From: Pyrodictium delaneyi | GTDB taxonomy: Archaea; Thermoproteota; Thermoprotei_A; Sulfolobales; Pyrodictiaceae | Length of the DNA: 32,000 nucleotides | Direction of reading: 5' to 3' | NCBI RefSeq assembly: GCF_001412615.1 | Contig: NZ_CP013011.1 | Location: forward strand, 270,001 to 302,000 | Shown here: positions 24,651 to 32,000 of the stretch, piece by piece | Position numbering within the stretch: the first letter of the stretch is position 1 | Layout: each line of letters begins with the position of its first letter | Notes under the pieces: model-generated | Databases searched by the model: none | Told to the model about the DNA's origin: nothing | What the model saw: only the letters and a program-made list of their open reading frames with translations | Made by a program: the position numbers and the translations under genes

Positions 24651-25496
24651 TCAGAGCCTACTCAATAGCCTTTTCATGAATTTTATACCGTCCATAGCTA
24701 TCCCTTTTAGCAAGTCTGTGAGCTGTACCTTACCTTCTATCCCAGTCATAAGACGCCAAGAGAGTTCCTTGAGCGCTGTTGCAGCATAGCCTCTAGGGTG
24801 CTCGTTGTCTTTTCTCCTCCCATCGAGGATTGAGGCTGCAAGATAGTCTGCAAGACTTAGGAACCCGGTTAGCTGTGAAGCATAGAATGCTAGTCCCTCT
24901 TCTCTAAAACCGACTATTCTTGTGAGGTTCTCAACGTGTTTGCTTAGTGCTATAAGAGAGCCTAAGGGGTCATAGTCATTGTCGAGGCTATTGAGGATCA
25001 TTATTATGGGTCTTGATGGTGGACATGTCTCTTCGAACTCCGAGGCTAGTAGTGCAAAGTCTTCCCGTGAGAGACCGTGGACTCTTCCCTTCTTAGCCTC
25101 CCTCCGACAGAAGTCAATACTCCTCATGCCATGGTGGTGTCTGAGCGCCGCTAGCCCTGCTAGGCCTGCGAGTAGTTGTGCATACTTATCCTCTATACGT
25201 CCTTCCAGGATACGTATAGAAGTATCCAGGACAAGTTTACCTGCTACTAGTTCGTGGCACGTAAACACGGGGCGTGTGGCAACTCTCTCTTGATACCCTG
25301 GTGAGGCCTTCCCAGCATCATGGAGAAGAGCAGCAATCGCTGCTGCTATGTAGAGGCTCTCAGCATTCACGCCTAGCCTATTTGCTGTGACTCTGAGTTC
25401 CTCGCTAAAGAGGCCCAAGAGCAAGCCTGCAACATTGCATGAGTGATGCCCTAATCGTACCCTAGCCCATGCGTATAGGGCCAAAGTCTTTATCAT
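24651..25496 (-). CDS. cas3'': Cas3'' HD-domain nuclease
   Basis: It has the HD motif AALLHDAGKASPGYQ and upstream His residues (LGHHSCNVAG). Its start overlaps the cas3' stop by 4 nt. Confidence 0.8.
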   Translation of the reverse strand: MIKTLALYAWARVRLGHHSCNVAGLLLGLFSEELRVTANRLGVNAESLYIAAAIAALLHDAGKASPGYQERVATRPVFTCHELVAGKLVLDTSIRILEGRIEDKYAQLLAGLAGLAALRHHHGMRSIDFCRREAKKGRVHGLSREDFALLASEFEETCPPSRPIIMILNSLDNDYDPLGSLIALSKHVENLTRIVGFREEGLAFYASQLTGFLSLADYLAASILDGRRKDNEHPRGYAATALKELSWRLMTGIEGKVQLTDLLKGIAMDGIKFMKRLLSRL

Positions 25497-27232
25497 ACCC
25501 CCATTAGGCCCAGTCCCTTCACATATGCCCCGGGTGCCGTGACAAAGAGGAGTTGGAACCCCCTTACTCCTGCTTGCTGCGAGGCTTCTCGGAGAAGTAC
25601 GGGGTATAATTCTGTATAGCTCCTACAATCGCTCAGAGCCTTTGCTACACGGCTGCGGGGGAGTTCCACAGGCACCTTCACTAGTTCATCACTATAACCC
25701 ACCAAGACAGCTTTACATTTATTCCTGTCACAGTCTAGCACACGTCTACCGTTACGCTCTAGCCACGTTAGTAGGTCAAGTGAAATTTCAAGAGTATCGT
25801 AGTCCTCTCTACCGTTGTCCTCAAGGGGTACAGCTAGCTCTACTAGTGTTGCGTTCCTTACAAGGCTGCAATACTTGCTGAACAGTACCTTTGAGAGCTT
25901 TGACCCCTCAAAGACACCTTTAATAGTATGGCGGAGAATTTCGCGGTAAGCAGCAGCCTCATGGCTCTTAAGCATGACTAAGCTCTCAGATTCGTATTTC
26001 TCTACCAGCACGCGGAAGGATGTAAGGGTTTTACCATTCAGCCTATGTGTGTCAAGTAGTCTCCACTCAATACCCCCTTTCTTTACAATCCCACATATCG
26101 TGCCTAGTGTTGATGCAACAACGTTCTTAGGGTAAGGATAGGTCTTTTCTGGCATATATAGGATGATCTCGGGTGGCTCGGTTCTGCACCTTTCAAGGGT
26201 TCTATTGCTCCTGCACAGTCTGCCTGCTCTCTGTGCAAGACTGCTCGGCGCAGCTGCCTCGGTTACAAGGATCTCAGCATCCACGTCTACACCAGCCTCT
26301 ACGACTTGTGTCGCCACTATGAGCTTGGCAGAGCTTATACGCTCAATAGCTTCCTCCCTATCGCGATGAGAAAGCCTTCCATGAACAAGTACAACGTTTT
26401 TCCTACCTAGGCGTTCTATAATGCTCTCATATATTGATAGTGCCGAGGTCACAGTGTTAGCAACGACCAATACACGGCGTCCCTCTAGAGCATATTCTAC
26501 TGCACGCTTAACAGCCTCATCCCTATTGGGAGCGATACTCGTTCTCCAGGCAATGTTATGCTTCTCTTCGTAGCCCCGATCTATCACACAACGCCAGTCA
26601 GGCCTACAACACTCTCTACACACTACCACTATCTTGGCCCCCATAACTCTGGCGATATCGTTGACAAGCCTTTCGCTCATAGTAGCAGTCTCAACAACTA
26701 CTGGTATATTAGCCCCTGCAAGCACCTGGAGGACTACTGAGAGAAACCACCGAGATAAGGGTCCCTCGCTAGCCCACGGCTCGGCATACAAGTGCGTCTC
26801 ATCGAGCACCACGAGAGACGAGGCTATAGCTGCTCGAGGCAGCTCATAATGGCCCTCGAGAACTCCCTCAAGCACTCCCGCGAGCTCAACGACCGGCAAT
26901 CTCGCAATGTTGAGCGCGAAACTATCAAGAGTAGACACCACTGCTCTGCGGAGCATGAATCCTGAGTAACCCTTTTCCTCTAACCTTAATCCTGCAAGAT
27001 AACCTGCGGCCTCACCTAGTAGCTCTTTAAGGAAGCGGTACTGTTGCTCAACCAGGGCCCTCAGAGGAAGTATATGCATGACACGTGTAGCAACACCTTG
27101 TCTACTAGCTTCCTCGAGGAGCTTAGGCACAGACTTACTCTTGCCATAACCCGTAGGAGCAATAAACACGACATTTCCGTGCAGTGACTCCTTTACTAGC
27201 GCGTCAATCCCTGGCCGCTCCCACGGGTTCAC
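25493..27232 (-). CDS. cas3': Cas3' SF2 helicase
   Basis: It has Walker A FIAPTGYGKSK, the DExH box VVLDETH and helicase C motifs (ATQVVEAGVDVD, QRAGRLCR). It lies in the cas operon. Confidence 0.85.
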   Translation of the reverse strand: MNPWERPGIDALVKESLHGNVVFIAPTGYGKSKSVPKLLEEASRQGVATRVMHILPLRALVEQQYRFLKELLGEAAGYLAGLRLEEKGYSGFMLRRAVVSTLDSFALNIARLPVVELAGVLEGVLEGHYELPRAAIASSLVVLDETHLYAEPWASEGPLSRWFLSVVLQVLAGANIPVVVETATMSERLVNDIARVMGAKIVVVCRECCRPDWRCVIDRGYEEKHNIAWRTSIAPNRDEAVKRAVEYALEGRRVLVVANTVTSALSIYESIIERLGRKNVVLVHGRLSHRDREEAIERISSAKLIVATQVVEAGVDVDAEILVTEAAAPSSLAQRAGRLCRSNRTLERCRTEPPEIILYMPEKTYPYPKNVVASTLGTICGIVKKGGIEWRLLDTHRLNGKTLTSFRVLVEKYESESLVMLKSHEAAAYREILRHTIKGVFEGSKLSKVLFSKYCSLVRNATLVELAVPLEDNGREDYDTLEISLDLLTWLERNGRRVLDCDRNKCKAVLVGYSDELVKVPVELPRSRVAKALSDCRSYTELYPVLLREASQQAGVRGFQLLFVTAPGAYVKGLGLMGV

Positions 27233-27249
27233 AAGGTTTCACCCTATAG

Positions 27250-28431
27250 TTACGGTGTCAACGTGTACCGTAGCCTAGCGTAGTACTCTGAAAGGACACG
27301 AGCAGCATAGTCTAGTACTCCTTTTTGGCCAATACATTGTCTACTATCACTTATCCCTCGTAGCAATCTGACGCAATCGTAGAGGTAAACATCGTTGTCG
27401 GTCAGAGTGTACAGAAAGAGCTTGCTAACACAATGCGCAACAGCCTTCCTGCCAGGATCCGGATCACTGCCACAGACGCCAGTAGAGACACTACGCCACA
27501 ACAAGGGCGCAAGAATGGCGAGCGGCTTTGAGCCAAGCTTGCAGAGAATCTCGGAGAACAACAGCGGCAGAAGCTGGTTGAGTATGGCACGATTACCAGA
27601 CTCAGTTACAGAAGCAATTAGCAGCATGTTAAGTTTCGAGTCCACTCCACCTACCTTCATACATGTCTCATCGACCTGCTCCTCAAGTAACTCAGCTATG
27701 AAGGCTGAGCCGTACAAGAGGAGTAGTACGTCAAGGCTAACTGGAAGCTTCTCGGCTCCCCCGCTGACCAGGAGTTTCCCTAGTGGAGCCAGTTGCGAGT
27801 CTGATGCAGTGTACACTAGGAGGGAGTATAAGAGTCCGATATTGTCTAAGTCGTAGGTGCCGGCTTCTGGGACCGGTAGAATATAGAGACCCCTGCTCCC
27901 TACACGTCCAATTTTTGATAACAATCCTCCTACTAGTGCAAGCGTAAACGCCGCAGGCGTCATCTCTTTTAGCAAACTTTTCGAGCCAGGCTTAATACCA
28001 CCCCTCATTGTTCTCGCTTTTTCAAATATGTTTAGCTTCATTAGTCCCATAGGGACTATCCTAGGGTTATCAAGGCTCACAGAATCACTCAGGATACCAT
28101 CAACTACAAGTTTTACTGCTATATCCCATCTCCTCTCATCCTTTGATATGGTGCGTCCTAGGATCTTCTGTATAGGCTTATGGTCGTTGCCAAACATACG
28201 TGGGGGCTGGATTAGCTTGTCTCTCAATAGGCTTAGTGCTCGCTCTCCAGCTACTTGGATCAATGCGATAAATTCTTCCTTACTACCGAATATTGCTCTA
28301 TCTTTTTCAATACCTGCTACGAGCGTCGGCTCAATACTGAGAGCCAATAGCTGGAAGCCACGCCCCATGAAGCCAGGCGGGAACAGCTCTACTATATACG
28401 TCACAGCTATGCACCCCTTACAGCTAGACAT
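27250..28431 (-). CDS. cas8a: Candidate Cas8a-type large subunit (type I-A)
   Basis: The call rests on position only: a 393-aa protein between cas5 and cas3' in a csa5-cas7-cas5 operon, overlapping cas5 by 25 nt. I recognised no diagnostic motif by eye. Confidence 0.45.
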   Translation of the reverse strand: MSSCKGCIAVTYIVELFPPGFMGRGFQLLALSIEPTLVAGIEKDRAIFGSKEEFIALIQVAGERALSLLRDKLIQPPRMFGNDHKPIQKILGRTISKDERRWDIAVKLVVDGILSDSVSLDNPRIVPMGLMKLNIFEKARTMRGGIKPGSKSLLKEMTPAAFTLALVGGLLSKIGRVGSRGLYILPVPEAGTYDLDNIGLLYSLLVYTASDSQLAPLGKLLVSGGAEKLPVSLDVLLLLYGSAFIAELLEEQVDETCMKVGGVDSKLNMLLIASVTESGNRAILNQLLPLLFSEILCKLGSKPLAILAPLLWRSVSTGVCGSDPDPGRKAVAHCVSKLFLYTLTDNDVYLYDCVRLLRGISDSRQCIGQKGVLDYAARVLSEYYARLRYTLTP

Positions 28432-29234
28432 AGTCCCGCGACTTGGTCATCAAGACAGTAAGTTCTCGAGCCTCTTCTCGTCTTGAAGCGTACTGGTCTC
28501 TCTGGCGGAAGTATTGTAGAGGGTGACGAGAGAGGGCTCGAAGGAAGGTAGTATGAGATGTACTCTGGTACTATGCTTGCACCACAGAATACGCTTGAAG
28601 AAGGCCTCCACATAACTATCTCGCGCACATAGCCTAGATCAAGTGGCTGTACAATATCTTTGTCTTGATATAGCAGGGTAGAGAACATGTCGTTGGACTG
28701 TATTGCATCGGATACATATGCTTTAGTAACTGATACAAGGCCTTCCTTGGAGCCAAGCCTCCAGCCAGCCCACGCAAGGTAATCTATAACGTTACTCACC
28801 TTTTCTCCAAGCTCACGTGCCAAGCCTTCTGCATCGACTACGAGACCTAGTAAGAGTAGCGCCGAAGGACCATAAGAAGCACCTAGCGCCTGGACACTCC
28901 AGGCGTAAGTCTCCCATTGTTTTCTCTCCCTCTGATATGGCAGCGAGACTACATGCGTCACTTCACTATACACTGTTAGCCCCGAGGGACTCTCCGGGTC
29001 CAGTCCTGCCCCAGCTGCGAGAGTGTACTTTGCTAGCAGTCCTGCTGGGCTACATATGTCGTTGTGACTGTACTCGCTAAGTCCTAGTAGCCTGGCTAAG
29101 GGCTCAGCGTAAAAGCCTATGACTGTTGTTGGTGGCGGTAAGGGTAATGCTGGCTGTGCTGCTGAGAGTCCTGCATAGCGTACGCTAAACCCCCATGCTA
29201 GCTTGGCCTTACTCACTAGGATTACTGGCTTCAA
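28407..29234 (-). CDS. cas5: Cas5a (RAMP)
   Basis: It has a Cas5-like N-terminus (WGFSVRYAGLSAAQPALPLPPPTTVIGFYAEPLARLLG), is about 275 aa and lies immediately downstream of cas7. Confidence 0.7.
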   Translation of the reverse strand: MKPVILVSKAKLAWGFSVRYAGLSAAQPALPLPPPTTVIGFYAEPLARLLGLSEYSHNDICSPAGLLAKYTLAAGAGLDPESPSGLTVYSEVTHVVSLPYQRERKQWETYAWSVQALGASYGPSALLLLGLVVDAEGLARELGEKVSNVIDYLAWAGWRLGSKEGLVSVTKAYVSDAIQSNDMFSTLLYQDKDIVQPLDLGYVREIVMWRPSSSVFCGASIVPEYISYYLPSSPLSSPSTILPPERPVRFKTRRGSRTYCLDDQVAGLCLAVRGA

Positions 29235-29337
29235 GAGGATGGCTACCCCGCGGCTCTATCGTGACGGCTATGGGCGGAGGGAGGGTTAGGACATCCTAAA
29301 ACGGGGGCTTAAAATTGTTGCTGGCCTTGACTAGACC

Positions 29338-30402
29338 CTAGGAGAGCCTCTCTAGTGTCTCTTGCTTAGCCTTCTCTACTGTCTCAAGGTAGTTTTTGTG
29401 TTTCTCTACTTTGACATTGTCGCATCTAATGGCCTCTGCTAGGCCTTCGGCATCGTAGTAGTATACTGCTGCTTTGAACCCATCAACTATCTTTGCAAGA
29501 CTGCATGCTCTTGATACAGTCTCTGCCAGGTAGTCCCTACCGTGACCAGGTGAGACATTGAAGGGTATAGGCTCTGTCACCGCTGCTACTAGGCTTAGTA
29601 TCTTCCAGTGTGGCTGGAACCGGGAAATCTTCGCGCCCCAAGCCATTCCACCGAGGAAGGCTGCTAGCGCGTCAAACGCTGCCTCTACCCGCCTGAATCG
29701 CTCCTCGAGCGGAAGTATGTATGGATCCTTCCCGCTAGCTCCTTCGTTTTCCATGCTGCGCGCTCCTACACCTGTAGCGTCTAGGGCGAAGTTGAACACG
29801 TAAACAGCACTACCTATCTCGACATAGTATATGGCTTGTTGGGTGGTCTCTTCTTCATCTCTTCTTTGCCCGGCTTCCGGTGAATATCTAACATGGAATT
29901 GTGCCTCAGTTGCAGCTGCACCAGCCTCCAGCGCGTCAAGTGCTGGGATCATATAGCCTATACGGAATCTTGACGTACGTTTAGCATTCTTTGCCTTTGA
30001 CTTTTTCTCCTTTGCAGCTACTAGGAATCCCCCTACATCCTCGATAACACAGTTTTTTACAACATATTCTTCAACTTGTGCAGCATTTTCAAAAACTGCG
30101 TACTCTTTCTTATCATATTTCCTGAACACTTCTTCATTGCTGTGCTTGAGAAATATTCCCTGGCTGCATGCGTTGCAGACGGGTATGTTTCTCTGCTTTG
30201 CTATCTCTGCTAGGAGCCGCTGGTAGTGGTGGGCGAGGCTCTCGCCGCTGATCACGGGTACGTAGCGGAGTACGAAGCCTTGGTCTGTGCGGAGTACTAC
30301 GGGGGCGCGGCGGTGCCGGACGACGTTGCCCACGTTTTCGGCCATGTTTAGAGCTTCGAGGTTTACGAGTAAACGGGCTGAGAGCGAGAAGAAGACGGGC
30401 AA
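29338..30402 (-). CDS. cas7: Cas7 (Csa2/DevR family) backbone subunit, type I-A
   Basis: It has the Csa2 N-terminal signature LSARLLVNLEALNMAENVGNVVRHRRAPVV and ISGESLAHHYQRLL. It is 354 aa. Confidence 0.85.
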   Translation of the reverse strand: MPVFFSLSARLLVNLEALNMAENVGNVVRHRRAPVVLRTDQGFVLRYVPVISGESLAHHYQRLLAEIAKQRNIPVCNACSQGIFLKHSNEEVFRKYDKKEYAVFENAAQVEEYVVKNCVIEDVGGFLVAAKEKKSKAKNAKRTSRFRIGYMIPALDALEAGAAATEAQFHVRYSPEAGQRRDEEETTQQAIYYVEIGSAVYVFNFALDATGVGARSMENEGASGKDPYILPLEERFRRVEAAFDALAAFLGGMAWGAKISRFQPHWKILSLVAAVTEPIPFNVSPGHGRDYLAETVSRACSLAKIVDGFKAAVYYYDAEGLAEAIRCDNVKVEKHKNYLETVEKAKQETLERLS

Positions 30403-30427
30403 GAGGGTTCCACCTCCTCTCGGGGGG

Positions 30428-30754
30428 TTATCTCCCGAGTGCGAGGAGTGCAGCAGTGCGGGCTAAGCGAAGTCCCTCTTCGGCCCTACGGGGGTCTAGG
30501 AGGAGCTCTGCTATCTTTTCAACCTCGTACTTAGCCTTTTCAACTACTTCCTTTGCGTTGCTGGGGCAGTCCTCTCCCCGGTCTCCGCTTAGACAGCTAC
30601 TGCGGAATATGCGGAGTGCATCGTAGAGAGCAGCTAGGGCTTGGTCAGGGCCTAGCGCGTTAGCTATACGGTCAAGTACGCCGAAGCGCCGGGTCCTGGC
30701 GAAGAAGGAGAGTAGCTCCGGTAGCCTGTAGAGCCGGAGCTGTTGCTCCTGCAA
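30428..30754 (-). CDS. csa5: Csa5 (Cas11-type small subunit, type I-A), by position and size
   Basis: It is a 108-aa helical protein and the first gene of the interference operon, directly upstream of csa2/cas7. It uses a TTG start. Confidence 0.5.
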   Translation of the reverse strand: MQEQQLRLYRLPELLSFFARTRRFGVLDRIANALGPDQALAALYDALRIFRSSCLSGDRGEDCPSNAKEVVEKAKYEVEKIAELLLDPRRAEEGLRLARTAALLALGR

Positions 30755-31131
30755 GATCCGCCGCCGCTTTATACAGAGTTCTTGTAGACAGACTTAAGTG
30801 TTGCTGATATAGCGTTCACGGCACCGTGGAGGAGGCTATCATCTCCATCTACTTAACTCCCTGAAGGATTTAGACGACGTTGAAGCTGTCGGGTGAGCAC
30901 AGCACTCTGGCACTTGTAGCTAGTACATGGTCCTCCCTGACAAGTTCTGTATAATTCAGTTTTGCTTCTACTTGGCGCTCCTCGGTAAGGTCTTACGTCA
31001 ACCGTGTAGTTGACAGTACAAGTCTATCCAGCCAGCCTCGCCAGCATTCTCTGTTTACACTGCCATGAACGTGATGCCTGGCCGGAGGCCGTTGCATTAT
31101 TAGGTTGCTGCGCTGGGCGCGTGTCTAGTCT
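30755..31131. promoter_or_regulatory. Divergent intergenic region between the csa5 interference operon and csa3
   Basis: The region is 377 bp and non-coding. TATAAA on the minus strand (plus 30768-30773) sits just upstream of csa5. A small inverted repeat GTCAAC-n6-GTTGAC lies at about 30998-31016. Confidence 0.35.
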
Positions 31132-31806
31132 TTGGGAGTTACAGTGGAGCGGCAACGTCTGGTTGTTGCGACGCTGGGTTTCGACGAGAGGTTTGCATTG
31201 AGGGCCCTCACTGAGCACCGTCCTGACCGGCTGTATGCTCTAGCTCTCTATACGGATGAGTCTTCGTGGAGCCGGGTGAGTAGGGCTTTCTCCCAGCTGA
31301 GACTGTTTGCGGAACAGCTCGGCGTCGGGGCAGAGCTTGTCCGGATAGACTATCGTGGTGAAAGAATTTCCGTGCTTGCTGGCCGCCTTAAGGCCCTGCT
31401 AGAGAGTTACGCGGAGAGCTCTGGTGAGCTTGTGTTGGCGCTTACCGGGGGGCCGCGGCTTCTCGTGGTGGCTGCCCTTGTGGCTGCATTGTCTCTGCCG
31501 GAGAGACTCGTGGAGAGGATGGTGCTCCGGCTGGAGGGTGAGGGCTTCGACGTCGTTGCCGAGGAACAGTTGGCGAACCTCCGGTATGTCGAGCTCGACC
31601 CGACTGCCCGGAGGGTGTTGGGGCTCCTTGTCGAGGTTCGCCGGGAGGGCCGCTGGGTGGGCCCTACCGAGGTCTCGGAGAGGCTTGGGATACCAAAGTC
31701 TACGGCGTATAAGAAGCTCCAGGAGCTAGTGGCGCGTGGGCTCGCGGAGTATGACCAGCGGAGCCGCCGCTACACGGCGACAGAGAGGGCGTATGTGAAC
31801 GCCTAA
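31132..31806 (+). CDS. csa3: Csa3 (CARF-like N-domain plus wHTH) CRISPR-associated transcriptional regulator
   Basis: The N-terminus LVVATLGFDERFALRAL is typical of Csa3. The C-terminal wHTH is GPTEVSERLGIPKSTAYKKLQELVARGLAE. It is divergent from the cas operon. The start is TTG at 31132 or GTG at 31144. Confidence 0.75.
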   Translation: MGVTVERQRLVVATLGFDERFALRALTEHRPDRLYALALYTDESSWSRVSRAFSQLRLFAEQLGVGAELVRIDYRGERISVLAGRLKALLESYAESSGELVLALTGGPRLLVVAALVAALSLPERLVERMVLRLEGEGFDVVAEEQLANLRYVELDPTARRVLGLLVEVRREGRWVGPTEVSERLGIPKSTAYKKLQELVARGLAEYDQRSRRYTATERAYVNA

Positions 31807-32000
31807 ACGGTTCTCTGAATAGTTTTCTGGATCGCATTACGCCTCTTCGCCGGCTATGCTTAGCTATTGAGGCTAGTGCTGCTAGGACTTGGAGCGAGAG
31901 TACGAGCTTCTTAGCCTCCACGACCCCCTGTACCAGAGGGTAATGGTGGCAAGGTCTCTGGCCTTGTTATTACTGTGAGTTCGCCCTACTTCGCCACGTA

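Noticed and set aside
24979-28486. Plus-strand ORFs opposite cas3'', cas3' and cas8a (24979-25293, 27395-27856, 28028-28486 and others).
   Set aside because: They are antisense to coherent cas ORFs, have Ser-rich low-complexity translations and carry no motifs.
31010-31218. Short ORFs 31010-31201 (+) and 31024-31218 (-) in the csa5/csa3 intergenic region.
   Set aside because: They overlap each other and the csa3 start, have no motifs and are more plausibly promoter DNA.
31700-31921. 73-aa minus-strand ORF overlapping the csa3 3' end.
   Set aside because: It overlaps the well-supported csa3 wHTH coding region by about 107 nt, and the remainder is short and featureless.

Overview
GC-rich archaeal chromosomal window. 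The archaeal, probably crenarchaeal or Desulfurococcales-like, origin is my inference from gene content (PurP, split GltB-type genes, Csa2/Csa5/Csa3) and frequent GTG/TTG starts; I ran no database search. Layout: (1) 1-9.3 kb holds housekeeping and miscellaneous genes: two glutamate-synthase-domain genes, a membrane-anchored wHTH protein, a metallophosphoesterase, a SWIM protein, an MBL hydrolase, purP, a GDPD-family gene and a PIN toxin. (2) About 9.42-11.96 kb is a visibly lower-GC island with a vapBC pair, a 640-bp ORF-free stretch, a multiply frameshifted SAM-methyltransferase pseudogene and a tRNA-Gly(CCC)-like remnant at its edge. (3) 11.94-14.82 kb holds a ThiB/ThiP-type ABC binding protein and permease with no ATPase gene following. 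(4) 14.99-31.8 kb is a type I-A CRISPR-Cas locus. On the + strand it has cas6, a leader and a 54-repeat/53-spacer array. On the - strand it has cas3''-cas3'-cas8a(candidate)-cas5-cas7-csa5, with csa3 divergent from that operon. No cas1/cas2/cas4 lie in the window. The main lead is a three-gene block (19768-24394) between the array trailer and cas3''. It encodes a small TGT-superfamily (DpdA-like) transglycosylase, divergent from an overlapping NurA-like nuclease / HerA-like ATPase pair with no mre11/rad50. I know of no described system with this composition. All family calls rest on motifs read by eye from the ORF translations and need profile or structure searches.
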